Source: Leptospiraceae bacterium
GTDB lineage: Bacteria > Spirochaetota > Leptospiria > Leptospirales > Leptonemataceae
Direction: 5' to 3'
NCBI GenBank assembly: GCA_040217195.1
Contig: JAVJNR010000006.1
Span: 128,001-192,000 of the forward strand
Length of the DNA: 64,000 nt
The notes under the pieces were generated by a model. The model saw nothing but the letters and a program-made list of their open reading frames with translations. It was not told where the DNA came from and ran no database searches. Shown piece by piece: positions 1-9,739 of the stretch. Every line of letters begins with the position of its first letter. Within the stretch, counting starts at the first letter, position 1. The position numbers were made by a program, and so were the translations under genes.

Positions 1-924
1 TGCTCTGTCTGCCTGGTCCAGAATACCATTTCGATTTGTATCTTCGCGCACCACGCCGTAATAGAGAGTCTGTCCATCTGCAGAAAGGGATGGGCGAAAA
101 TACAGATAAGGATTTCGCTGCGGGCCGGGCTCCAGGGGTACTCTATGTCGCATACCGGAAGTACGGTCCAGGATTTCAATGTGGGGTATTCCATCGGATG
201 CGCGAATCAGGTAGGTAATGAATTTTCCATCGGCAGATACACTGGGCTGTAGTGAGTTTTCTTCTGTAATAGGCACCGGAAGTGCTTCGCTTTCCTGCTC
301 TTCCAATTCCAGAGACCAGATTCTATATACCCCCGGATTGCAGCGATCGCTGACAAAGTAGATGGTATCGCCGTTTGGGGAAAGTACCGGATCCTTTTCT
401 GCAAAACTACCTTTGCATCCAGGTCCGAGCTTTTCGCCTACACTGTCCAGATACCTGGACAGGTTAATGGATGAAGTCCAGAGGTTTGGTGGATCTTCGC
501 CGTCCAGGGCCGCTTCTACTATGTATTCCGGCTCCAGGGCAACTATGCGAATATCTCCTCCTGCATCCAGTTCAAAGGATACATATGCCAGAATCGTTCC
601 ATCTGGAGTAATGTAGGGGTCAGTTTGCTCAGCTGGATGTCTTACTACCGGAACGTTGACTGTGCTGCTAAGGTCGCGCATCCAGATGTCGGATGAGCCG
701 TCCACATCAGAGGCATAGAAAAGATATCCGTTGGAGGAGGCAGCCGGGTCCGTATTGTTTCCCCGCTGCACAGTGAGCGGAAAGTGCCCCTCTGGATTGT
801 TTTCCAGAAATTTGCTGATTAATCGATTGTAATCAAAACGTGGGGGCTGTATTGTCCTGACCGATGCACATTGCCCGAGCAGGATCAGTGCAGTTAGTAG
901 CGTAATACAGCGAAATGGAATCAT
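1..924 (-). CDS. TolB-like (PD40 beta-propeller) exported protein/lipoprotein, runs off the window start
   Basis: Not in the ORF track because there is no stop in the window. Manual translation from ATG 924 gives MIPFRCITLLTALILLGQC (signal/lipobox), then PD40-like segments (LFYASDVDGSSDIWMRDL; TDPYITPDGTILAYVS) and DTNRNGILD near base 1. The ATG overlaps the upstream TGA. Confidence 0.75.
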   Translation of the reverse strand, partial: MIPFRCITLLTALILLGQCASVRTIQPPRFDYNRLISKFLENNPEGHFPLTVQRGNNTDPAASSNGYLFYASDVDGSSDIWMRDLSSTVNVPVVRHPAEQTDPYITPDGTILAYVSFELDAGGDIRIVALEPEYIVEAALDGEDPPNLWTSSINLSRYLDSVGEKLGPGCKGSFAEKDPVLSPNGDTIYFVSDRCNPGVYRIWSLELEEQESEALPVPITEENSLQPSVSADGKFITYLIRASDGIPHIEILDRTSGMRHRVPLEPGPQRNPYLYFRPSLSADGQTLYYGVVREDTNRNGILDQADRA

Positions 925-1556
925 CACTTGCGAACCCAGGCTCCTACAGGGTTCCTTATCCATTCACCGCTTCTTGTGCGATAGTAGAATGAACGTAAGA
1001 AAGCTTCTGCCTCACGGGGCTGAATTCGGGAAAGATACGCATAGATGGCCCGTCTGGACTGGTTCGTATGCTGCGCTGCGACAATAGCCTTTTGCAGGTT
1101 TTCTGCTGAAATGGCCTGCCTGTAAGCGATTGGAGTTCGCATAACTCGGCCGTCGTAGGATTCGCCCAGAATACCCATATTTCTATACCGATGCACTATA
1201 TCTGAATAGAATTCCAGAATTCGATATTCATGGCGCACTTCGGAAGAATAGCCCGCAAGCTCCTCTGTGCCCGCCGGAAGGGCTGAGGAAGAGGCCACAA
1301 GCCATCCATCCTGAACTAGCTCTTTTTCTTCACCGATTAGCTGTCGCTCCGCTGCCGTTCTTGCAGGCGTTAGCGTAATCGGTGGTAGATCCACGCTAAC
1401 TACGGTGCATTTTCCCAGCTGGTCGGTGAGGAAATCAGTGGCCGGGGATAATACCCTGGGAGTGGTAGTGGAAGAACAGGACAACAGTCCCAGGATTAGA
1501 CCGATCATCAGAATTGGCCTGGCAAGGCTGGAGATGCGTATTTGAAAATATATCAT
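924..1556 (-). CDS. Lipoprotein with C-terminal DUF1318/YdbL-like domain
   Basis: Lipobox LLSC. GILGESYDGRV...NQSRRAIY...GEW resembles the YdbL/DUF1318 pattern. Lies directly downstream of an AsmA-like gene. Confidence 0.6.
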   Translation of the reverse strand: MIYFQIRISSLARPILMIGLILGLLSCSSTTTPRVLSPATDFLTDQLGKCTVVSVDLPPITLTPARTAAERQLIGEEKELVQDGWLVASSSALPAGTEELAGYSSEVRHEYRILEFYSDIVHRYRNMGILGESYDGRVMRTPIAYRQAISAENLQKAIVAAQHTNQSRRAIYAYLSRIQPREAEAFLRSFYYRTRSGEWIRNPVGAWVRK

Positions 1557-1560
1557 AGAA

Positions 1561-4500
1561 TCATTCCTGAGTATTGGCCGTCTCTCTGGTAAAACGACTG
1601 GACTCTGTACGGGCTCTTTCCAGAAACTCAGCCAGGGGAATTCTTTCCTGTCTAATCTCTTCTTCGGACGGTCGCACCAGCACCGAAAGAGAAAGCAATG
1701 ATGGCCTTTTTACCTTTACCGACGTGTAGATCAAGCCACCTTTCAACTCAACCTGGATGGCCGGGATCTCAAGGGTGTTATTCACGGCAAAAGCTATGGC
1801 ATCGTTGGGAATTAAAAGTCTCACTGCAAATCCGGTAAATTCTTCACTGATCCGGTACACTGACAATCGCATATTTGTGTTCCGAATGGGATCGGTCAGA
1901 TCTCTGCCAGAAAAGGAGAGGTCTCCACTGATAATTCCATCAAAGCTGGTATCCGAGTCCGGGAAGAAGGGAGCCAGGTTCAGGTTGTGTATCTGCAAAA
2001 AGCCAGCGTATTCCATATGGGCTGGCGCCAGATCCGCTGCATTGAAAAACAGTCTACGACCTTGAATGGTTCCATCTGGAGTCCAGAGTTCTCCGGAGGC
2101 TTCCCTGGGTTTGAATATCCTGGCATCAATCCAATCGATCATGAATACATTTCTTCTATAATCCATCCTCGCAGAAATACCGTATCCCTTTTTTGGATCC
2201 AGGGCCCCCAGATAGAAATGACTTTCAGGCTTATAGGTTCCCCCGGGTGTATGGCTGGAAGCTACGAACCTCACTGTAAAATTGGGATCCTGACGAAAGC
2301 CTGTATCGGTAAGGGCCAGGCCGCTGGAAGTATCTGAAAGCTGCACCGGATCTTTTAATGCCATGTTATGGCGGATGGGTAGATTCAGATTTAGTTTTTC
2401 GATTCTCATTCGGCGGCAGGCCGGGGATTGAGTATTCTGGCAGTTACCTGTGTTTATCTGAATATCCAGGTCGTTGATGTAGATTCCACCAGTGGCCATC
2501 TGCGGGTTTACATCCAGGTTGATTTGAACTCCTCCCTGAATGGAGATATTTTCATGCACTGGCAACATCTGCTCTCTGGCCAGGTTCAGTCTAAACTGTA
2601 AATACGGTTGAAGGGAGGGGCCGGTATTCAATGAACCGGTTAGAGTAGCATTTAAAGCGCCTCGTAGCCCGGCTATTTGAACCATAGGTATGGCTATTCG
2701 GTTCTCTGAAAGATTCGTATTTACAGTAAGTCGCAGAGCATCCTGACTGATGGCCGGTACTGTAAGGTTTCCATTCCCCTGAATGGAGGTACCCTCTTTG
2801 CTGGAATGAATGCTGGACTGCAAACTGAGGACCAGGCCATCCTTGAGATAGGCTCCGTAGGGAGCGATGGGGTATCGCAATCTGGCAGGGAGGGTGGTTA
2901 TCATGGGCGCATAATTAAGCGAAAGGCGGTTCACCGTAGACTCATAGGATTGTTTTCCATCAGCAAATACCAGTTCTGCCGATCCTGCCAGGTTTAGAAA
3001 TCCCAGCCCCGCACCATTTGTGCCATTAAGGTTTAAGTTCTGGATAGAAATTCTGTTGGCATCTTCTTTGAAGATCAGTTTGCCCTGTGTAATTAGAGTA
3101 AGGTTATTGATTCCTGAACGGGATCGGCCAATGGAATAACGGCCCCCATAAACGGTTATTGTTCCAGACACATCCAGTTCATCGAATGATTCGGTAGATT
3201 GAGCTTCAATGTCAGCGCCAGCAATACCGGTTACATGGGGTGCAAGGAATTGTCCCAGGTTCAGTCCATTAATGCGAATGTTTGCATCCACCCCCTCGCC
3301 TGGCTGTATATTTCCTCTGGCCTGTAGATTGGCTCCGTTGTACCCTCCGCTAAGATTCTTAAGATCCAGGCGATGCACCAGTCCGTAAGCCAGAGACTTC
3401 CGGGCTTCTTCGCTATTGTAATCATCTGGAGGTTGAAGAAAGGGAAGTGCTTCATATAGATTTATGGCACCATCTGCCTCAATGTTCAATTGTGGAACGT
3501 TATGATGCCCGGCAGCACCATGGAAATAAAGACCCTGGCCTTCCGCATTTAACCGGAACTCCAGTTTGTCCAGAGGTCCCTTCAGTGCTACCGGATAGAG
3601 CGATAAATACCCGCCCATCCGCACAGTACCGTTGGTGAGCATGGCCAGAAATTGGCCCGGCTCTTCCAGGGCAATCTCCGAGCGAAGCATGGAAAGATCC
3701 AGGTTTGGATTACCCTCTGTGAGCTCGGTTACCCTGGCTTCGAAGGCAAGCCATTGTCGTCCATTGTAGCTGACACTGAAATCTCTGTATAGCAAAGCAT
3801 CTTCGTCCTGATTATAGGAGGTTTGATACTGAGCGATTAATCCTGGAGTGACCGAGGCATAACCCGGTCGATTTAAAGTGAGGCTGGTTGCATCCAGGTT
3901 TAGCAGCGATGAGAAGACTCCCTGACCACCAATGGTCTGGCGAAAGAGGCGAAAGCTTAATGTGAGGTCACCCTCCAATTGGTTTCCATTGTTATATGTG
4001 ATTCGCACAGGGCCGTATGGATTGACAGCAATTACCAGGGTTTCGAACAGCTCCAGTAGTTCCGTGTTCAGCGGAATGGTATTGAACGTATCTGTGATAA
4101 AAGCCAGGCGAACATCCAGGCCGGACGCTTCGAAAGTCTGCTGTCTTGTTTCGCTATGATAATAGAATTGAAGGTTGCGAATGTCTATGTTGGCATAGAG
4201 CTTGAGCGGCAGAAAAGTATAGATTTCTTCCGGTATGGGTTCTGGTTCTCGTTTCGGTTTCTTCTTATTCGGGTCCAGAGATAGATAATCCAGGTTCCAG
4301 ATTCCATCTTTCTCTGTTACATAAATTTTAGCATCGTAAAGACCAAATTCTCGAATTCCTGCATGCCCGGCCAGTAAGCCAGGTAAAAACCAGGTTAGCT
4401 TCAAGGTCGGTATCTTGATAATGGGATCGCCTTCGTTTGTGTCAATAGATAGGTTTTCGAAGTGAAATCCATGCAGCAGACTGGATCGCCTAACATCCAG

Positions 4501-4668
4501 AGAGATCTGACTTCTTGTAACCGTGGAAAAGCCATTCTGGATCAGATACTGCACCACCGATGGATGAAGCAGTATCTGATAGGCCAGGATGAGACCAAAC
4601 AGTAGTCCTGCAATTTTTGCGAATCTCCGCCAGGCTGGTCTCATTCTTGAAGTTCGTCTCCGAAGCAT
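1561..4668 (-). CDS. AsmA/TamB/YdbH-like envelope bridge protein
   Basis: 1035 aa, single N-terminal TM anchor, AsmA-like N-terminus (DGIWNL), long amphipathic beta-strand-rich body. Confidence 0.65.
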   Translation of the reverse strand: MLRRRTSRMRPAWRRFAKIAGLLFGLILAYQILLHPSVVQYLIQNGFSTVTRSQISLDVRRSSLLHGFHFENLSIDTNEGDPIIKIPTLKLTWFLPGLLAGHAGIREFGLYDAKIYVTEKDGIWNLDYLSLDPNKKKPKREPEPIPEEIYTFLPLKLYANIDIRNLQFYYHSETRQQTFEASGLDVRLAFITDTFNTIPLNTELLELFETLVIAVNPYGPVRITYNNGNQLEGDLTLSFRLFRQTIGGQGVFSSLLNLDATSLTLNRPGYASVTPGLIAQYQTSYNQDEDALLYRDFSVSYNGRQWLAFEARVTELTEGNPNLDLSMLRSEIALEEPGQFLAMLTNGTVRMGGYLSLYPVALKGPLDKLEFRLNAEGQGLYFHGAAGHHNVPQLNIEADGAINLYEALPFLQPPDDYNSEEARKSLAYGLVHRLDLKNLSGGYNGANLQARGNIQPGEGVDANIRINGLNLGQFLAPHVTGIAGADIEAQSTESFDELDVSGTITVYGGRYSIGRSRSGINNLTLITQGKLIFKEDANRISIQNLNLNGTNGAGLGFLNLAGSAELVFADGKQSYESTVNRLSLNYAPMITTLPARLRYPIAPYGAYLKDGLVLSLQSSIHSSKEGTSIQGNGNLTVPAISQDALRLTVNTNLSENRIAIPMVQIAGLRGALNATLTGSLNTGPSLQPYLQFRLNLAREQMLPVHENISIQGGVQINLDVNPQMATGGIYINDLDIQINTGNCQNTQSPACRRMRIEKLNLNLPIRHNMALKDPVQLSDTSSGLALTDTGFRQDPNFTVRFVASSHTPGGTYKPESHFYLGALDPKKGYGISARMDYRRNVFMIDWIDARIFKPREASGELWTPDGTIQGRRLFFNAADLAPAHMEYAGFLQIHNLNLAPFFPDSDTSFDGIISGDLSFSGRDLTDPIRNTNMRLSVYRISEEFTGFAVRLLIPNDAIAFAVNNTLEIPAIQVELKGGLIYTSVKVKRPSLLSLSVLVRPSEEEIRQERIPLAEFLERARTESSRFTRETANTQE

Positions 4669-4673
4669 CCTTT

Positions 4674-5909
4674 TCAGGACTGCCTTCTTTTTTCCGGGTC
4701 CTGCATCAGAAGGAAACTAAAAAAAACAAGGCAGTGGACTACCAGAGAGGCCAGAAATACCGGCCCGTATTGCAGACTTCCGGCACTGTTAAATCCGGAA
4801 TCATCCGTTGCAGAATAAAACTGCAGTAGAAGCCCGGCCAGATAGGATCCGATCAATGCTCCGGACGCAGTGGCCATAACCATGAACAAACCCTGTCCGG
4901 TGCCATATAGATGGTCCGGAAAGAAATGTCTGAGTCTGAAGATAGTACCCATGTAATAACCGGTGAAATGAATTCCATGTAGTAGTTGAGTCAAGATGAG
5001 CCCCGGAAGGGGATCCAGGGAATCCCAGTAGAATAGACCGAATCTAAGTATGCCAGCTCCCGTTCCTACAAGAAACAACGGGGTGGACCCGAACCGGGCA
5101 TGAATTCTGGCGCATAGAGGAAGGAAAGGCAGTTCCAGCAAAGTGGCAAGACACCATCCTGCATAAACTCCTGCCATTCCATATCTCTGGTCCAGGTATC
5201 CTCCCAGGTAATAGTCTACGGTCTGGTAACCAGAAAAATAGATAAAGGAAATAGCAAAGAACAGAAACACCGGACGATGTCGCAGGGTGTTCAGGGCTTC
5301 CATGAAGTAATATTTCTGGGCCGCCCGTCGCTCTTTCTGGACAAATAGACAGGCAAAAGCGAAAACCAGAAGAAATGCAGATCCTGCCCGGCCACCGGTT
5401 CCACTGGCCGAGACTTCGGTAGAAAGCAATCCAGGAAAACTCACCTCCAGAACATACAGTACAACATGGACCAGAAAGAACCCAAAGGTTCCGGCGCTTC
5501 GACTTATGGAAAATCCGCGAAGTTCCAGGGACTCCAGAGTTGCAATAGTAAGCAGTTGCATATTGGCTGCGAAAAAGAATCTGGTGATCCCACCCAGCAC
5601 CGTGGCTGATGCCAGGTCCAGCTCTGGCCAGTACAGAAAAAACTGACAGGGAGCATGCAGGAGAACCATGGGAACCAGTAAGCCTCGTATGGCGCGAAAG
5701 CGATCCGATAGATAGCCTGCTATGAAATAGCCGGCCGGGAAGGCAAGTTGACCGGCCAGAAATACAAAACGAGCGTCGCTGCCAAAGCGTTCGAGCATAT
5801 AGGGGCTGAGAGTGGAAAAATACGATCCATGTCCCAGAAAATACAGAAAGTAGAGCAGGCCGTAGATCAAGTGTCCCTGCCTGGAGGAATGCCAGCTGCT
5901 TTCTGGCAT
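4674..5909 (-). CDS. MFS transporter (HcaT/nucleoside-permease-like)
   Basis: About 12 hydrophobic segments, GYLSDRF motif A, QLLHGIHF motif. Confidence 0.8.
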   Translation of the reverse strand: MPESSWHSSRQGHLIYGLLYFLYFLGHGSYFSTLSPYMLERFGSDARFVFLAGQLAFPAGYFIAGYLSDRFRAIRGLLVPMVLLHAPCQFFLYWPELDLASATVLGGITRFFFAANMQLLTIATLESLELRGFSISRSAGTFGFFLVHVVLYVLEVSFPGLLSTEVSASGTGGRAGSAFLLVFAFACLFVQKERRAAQKYYFMEALNTLRHRPVFLFFAISFIYFSGYQTVDYYLGGYLDQRYGMAGVYAGWCLATLLELPFLPLCARIHARFGSTPLFLVGTGAGILRFGLFYWDSLDPLPGLILTQLLHGIHFTGYYMGTIFRLRHFFPDHLYGTGQGLFMVMATASGALIGSYLAGLLLQFYSATDDSGFNSAGSLQYGPVFLASLVVHCLVFFSFLLMQDPEKRRQS

Positions 5910-6556
5910 CGATGCATATTTTCCATCATTCGACTCTGTATCCTATCTTTGATGCCTGCGAATTCGTCCGCATCCAGGGAGCGAACGAAGATTGGATCTC
6001 CATAACTTAAATAGACGGTGCTTAAGGGGCCCGGTATCCTGTGTTTATCCCAGGCTTTTCGCGCCACCCATTGATGGTTCGCTTCATAATGGAAAGGAAT
6101 GATTGGCACACCTGTGGATCGAGCCAGGGCTATGAGTCCAGGCTTCAGTTCGAAGGCAGGGCCCAGTGGTCCATCCGGAACAATACAGGTTGGATGCCCC
6201 TCTTTTAGAAGTTTCAGCAATTCTCGCAATGCTCTGGCGCCACCCTGTCGGCTGCTACCTCGAACACTGTAATTTCCGGACCACTCCACAACTCTTGCTA
6301 TCAGCTCTCCATCTCGGGAAGGCGAAACCAGGGCCTGTATTCCATGCTTTCGGTGAAAAAAAGGGGTCCAGAGGACGCATGCATGCCAGACTGCCAGTAT
6401 GTAAGGTTGATCTTGATTCTTAATATTCAGAAAAGCTTCCTGGTTCAAATACCTTTTACGTATAGTTATAGTAAACAGACGTTGCATCCCGGCAATCAGA
6501 GTCGGAACAATTGCAGTTAGTATATTCGAAAGTAATGTCCCGTCTCGCACATGCAT
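5867..6556 (-). CDS. DUF374 lysophospholipid acyltransferase-family protein
   Basis: AVWH, SPSRDGE, VRGSSRQGG, PDGPLGP and WDK motifs. Confidence 0.85.
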   Translation of the reverse strand: MHVRDGTLLSNILTAIVPTLIAGMQRLFTITIRKRYLNQEAFLNIKNQDQPYILAVWHACVLWTPFFHRKHGIQALVSPSRDGELIARVVEWSGNYSVRGSSRQGGARALRELLKLLKEGHPTCIVPDGPLGPAFELKPGLIALARSTGVPIIPFHYEANHQWVARKAWDKHRIPGPLSTVYLSYGDPIFVRSLDADEFAGIKDRIQSRMMENMHRCQKAAGIPPGRDT

Positions 6557-6615
6557 GGGCTGATCACATCATACTCTTATCTTTCTTTTGTGGCGATGCT
6601 TCACCTGCATTGTTT

Positions 6616-6981
6616 TCAAATCTGTTGCTCTGGACCCGTGGGCAGAAAAATAAAGAAAGCCGCTAGTACCAGAAAAGCAAATCCAATGAGGTGATTCCAC
6701 CGAAAAGATTCGCCCAGGTAAAATACTGCGAAAAAGGAAAATACAACCAGAGTGATTATCTCCTGTATAGTTTTTAGCTGGGCCGCTGAGAATTGTCCAT
6801 GACCGATTCGATTGGCAGGTACCTGAAAGCAGTATTCAAAAAATGCAATGCCCCAGCTAATTACAATAACCTGCAATAGAGGAGCCTCCTTGAATTTTAG
6901 ATGACCGTACCAGGCAAAGGTCATAAATACATTGGATAGAATTAAAAGAAAGACAGTGGCCATATTGCGATGCAGGCTCAA
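6616..6981 (-). CDS. DMT-superfamily small membrane protein (DUF486)
   Basis: SNVFMTFAWYGHLK, SWGIAFFEYCFQVPANRIG, QLKTIQE. Confidence 0.9.
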   Translation of the reverse strand: MSLHRNMATVFLLILSNVFMTFAWYGHLKFKEAPLLQVIVISWGIAFFEYCFQVPANRIGHGQFSAAQLKTIQEIITLVVFSFFAVFYLGESFRWNHLIGFAFLVLAAFFIFLPTGPEQQI

Positions 6982-7044
6982 GCTGATGGGCCGTCAGCTT
7001 TTTTTCGCTTGCAGCGATGAAGGCAGCCTCGCTATTTCCTTCTC

Positions 7045-7974
7045 ATGCGCATTTCTACTAGAATTTCCGATATGCTGGGCATTGATCTGCCCATTCTGGG
7101 CGCTCCAATGTTTCTGGTCTCCTATCCTGACCTGGTGGTCGCAGTTTCCGAAGCTGGCGGCATTGGTTGCTTCCCGGCGTTGAACTACAGATCCACCGAG
7201 GAGCTACGGGATGGGCTGCAGGAGATCCGGTCCAGAACAAGCAAGCCCATAGGCGTTAACCTGATTCTCTATAAAGATCATAATCCCAACTGGCCCCGTC
7301 AGTTCGAGGTATGCCTGGAAGAGAAAGTAGAGTTGATCATTACATCTCTGGGTTCTCCCAGAACGGTGGTTCAGGAAGCCAAAGCCATCGGGGCTAAAGT
7401 GTTCTGTGATGTGACCACTTTGCGTCATGCAAAGGTGGTGGCCAAGGCTGGAGCCGATGCACTTATCGCAGTAGCCCAGGGAGCCGGTGGTCATGCAGGA
7501 AATATTTCTCCCTATGCATTGATCCCTCAGCTTAAAGCAGAGCTGGATTTGCCTGTTATAGCTGCCGGAGCAATTTCAGACGGAAAGCAAATGGCTGCCT
7601 CTTTATCCCTGGGCGCCGATGCCGTATATCTGGGAACCAGACTCATTGCCACTCCGGAAGCTCAGGCTGCGGAAGGGTATAAAAACATGATTGTGGACTC
7701 CACAGCCGATGATATAGTGTATACTGCGGAAATTTCCGGAATTCCTGCAAACTGGCTGAAAAAGAGCGTAGAAAAAGCAGATGCCCCCTCAAGTATAGCG
7801 GGCGACGAGGACGAATACAAAAGGTGGAGAGATATCTGGTCTGCGGGCCATGGTGTTTCCCAGATTGGAGCAGTTCAGCCAGCTGGTGAAATTATTCGTT
7901 CCATGGCCGAAGAGTATGATGCCATCAGGCAATCTTTGCCCGCACTGGAAGGCGCTGCGGTTCAGTCCAGCTGA
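7045..7974 (+). CDS. Nitronate monooxygenase / FabK-like flavin oxidoreductase
   Basis: APM, AGGIG, GVNL, AGGHAG, IAAGAISDG, LGADAVYLGTR. Confidence 0.9.
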   Translation: MRISTRISDMLGIDLPILGAPMFLVSYPDLVVAVSEAGGIGCFPALNYRSTEELRDGLQEIRSRTSKPIGVNLILYKDHNPNWPRQFEVCLEEKVELIITSLGSPRTVVQEAKAIGAKVFCDVTTLRHAKVVAKAGADALIAVAQGAGGHAGNISPYALIPQLKAELDLPVIAAGAISDGKQMAASLSLGADAVYLGTRLIATPEAQAAEGYKNMIVDSTADDIVYTAEISGIPANWLKKSVEKADAPSSIAGDEDEYKRWRDIWSAGHGVSQIGAVQPAGEIIRSMAEEYDAIRQSLPALEGAAVQSS

Positions 7975-7988
7975 AGGAGTTTTTTGAA

Positions 7989-8381
7989 ATGCATTCAACC
8001 CATCCTGCCTATGGAAACACTGATTACGGCTATAGCGTGAGCCCAATTGCCATGATGATCAAAAACGCGGAGAATGGAGCCAAATGGGCCAAGTTCTGTG
8101 GCGTGCTAACCATCATCGGTGGCTGTCTCTACTGTCTTGGAATCATTACTGCAACTGTGGGAATTCCAATGATCTTTATGGGACTGCGAGCCATGAAGGC
8201 TTCGGACCGAGTGTTGCACTATCTGCATACAAAGAATCATGAGGATGCACTGGCAAGCCTCACGGAATACGGCAGTTACTTTAAGATTCAGGGAATTCTG
8301 TCACTGGTGGGCATTGCGCTTACTATCGTGGCTTCCTTTATCTATCTAGTAATCGCAATCGTATTGATTGTTAATTCCTGA
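7989..8381 (+). CDS. Small membrane protein (DUF5362-like)
   Basis: WAKFCGV...YFKIQGIL pattern with 3 TM segments; AAGGAG RBS upstream. Confidence 0.6.
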   Translation: MHSTHPAYGNTDYGYSVSPIAMMIKNAENGAKWAKFCGVLTIIGGCLYCLGIITATVGIPMIFMGLRAMKASDRVLHYLHTKNHEDALASLTEYGSYFKIQGILSLVGIALTIVASFIYLVIAIVLIVNS

Positions 8382-8420
8382 TTCTGGTTTCAGACCGAAT
8401 CAGGGAGCCATGGCAGCCAT

Positions 8421-8798
8421 ATGGAGTCCTTAGTTCATAAATCAGCCGTTGCTGTTTCTCTGGTTTTTCTTTTCGTTCTGTCAGGATGTCTTACCGGTCC
8501 CGCGGAGCTGCCAGAAGAATCCGGGGAGGGGCCCTGTTCCTATGAGCTCCTCGTGGATGATCAGCGACGGAACTTGAAAGGAGCCTGTCCTCCGCTTAGA
8601 ATTTCTGCTCTCTGGAAATCCTTTCCTGCATGGTTTCAGGATCGATTTCGCTTTTATCCTGATGAAGTCCTACGGAATAAATTGAGACTCTATTCAGGGC
8701 CAGGGATTTCCAGAACCCTGATTATTGATGGCAAACGCTACGATCTTGTGTCACCTGATTTGATAGTTCGATCAGAAACCCAGATCATGATTGAATAA
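8421..8798 (+). CDS. Hypothetical lipoprotein
   Basis: Lipobox LSGC after a hydrophobic stretch. Confidence 0.55.
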   Translation: MESLVHKSAVAVSLVFLFVLSGCLTGPAELPEESGEGPCSYELLVDDQRRNLKGACPPLRISALWKSFPAWFQDRFRFYPDEVLRNKLRLYSGPGISRTLIIDGKRYDLVSPDLIVRSETQIMIE

Positions 8799-8903
8799 AT
8801 GATCTATATCCTGTAGTATTCTCATGTCTATGCTACCCAGGGGCACCGTGAGAATTGTAAGAAACTTCAATACTCCCATCTTTCACTAACCCTGTGCATC
8901 CCC

Positions 8904-9323
8904 TTGTTTCTGCTCGGGCAATGTGTCCTGGGCGTCTCCGGAGATGATACCATAAAGGCTGGAAAGGCGGCATCTCAGATGAACAAAGCCATTACTCTGG
9001 CATTACTTCGCTGCCAGGAAGAGAATGGTTCTCAACGGAGCCTTATTGGTACTCCCCCGCAACCGTGTATTGGAGCCACTGAGAAGCAGAAACTCCTCAG
9101 GAGAGACGATGTTGAAAAATGCATTAATACAATTCTATTCTGGCAGTGCAGCGGTGATATTACTCTTGATTCTTTTGCAATGAATCAGGTAGGGATTGGC
9201 TGTCCCGCGCGAAGTGATGCTTTCCTGTTTAACAATCTGGGGCCTCCATGGCAGGGGCACATTCTCTCTATCTCTTCGGGAGATAACGGAACCGGGGGTA
9301 CATTCTATTTCGCCTGTTTTTAG
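8904..9323 (+). CDS. Cys-rich small lipoprotein, start codon unclear
   Basis: LGQC lipobox and several Cys. The in-frame upstream sequence KKLQYSHLSLTLCIP looks like a signal peptide but has no ATG/GTG. Confidence 0.5.
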   Translation: MFLLGQCVLGVSGDDTIKAGKAASQMNKAITLALLRCQEENGSQRSLIGTPPQPCIGATEKQKLLRRDDVEKCINTILFWQCSGDITLDSFAMNQVGIGCPARSDAFLFNNLGPPWQGHILSISSGDNGTGGTFYFACF

Positions 9324-9709
9324 ATACTGGCGATGACAGTCATTGATTCCGGGATCTCCTCCTGGATTTCATCAATCGGAGGATCCACGATTTCCGGGTC
9401 TCTTATGCGAAAGCACCTGGTAGAGGTATCAGTCTGGGACCGTTGACTTTGAACCTGATATACAAAAACGTAAAGGTCTTCTGAACCTTCCTGTTTCAGG
9501 AGTTGTGCATTATTGGAAATACTGACGTCGTTGGCACTATGATAGGGATGTGCACTGATGGTTCCATGCATCCAGCGAACAATTGGCAGTTTACTCCGGC
9601 CTCTTCCGCGACTAAGGAATAGCCAGGTCTCATACTGATTTTCTGGGTGCCTGTCGAGGGTTAACTCTAAATTTTCCATGAATGATTGCTGCCAATCGAC
9701 AAAGAGCAA
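9320..9709 (-). CDS. Hypothetical protein
   Basis: 129 aa ORF filling the gap, no recognisable motif. Confidence 0.5.
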   Translation of the reverse strand: MLFVDWQQSFMENLELTLDRHPENQYETWLFLSRGRGRSKLPIVRWMHGTISAHPYHSANDVSISNNAQLLKQEGSEDLYVFVYQVQSQRSQTDTSTRCFRIRDPEIVDPPIDEIQEEIPESMTVIASI

Positions 9710-9739
9710 TAAGGGGAGTTGTCTTCTGGAAGGCTAGGC

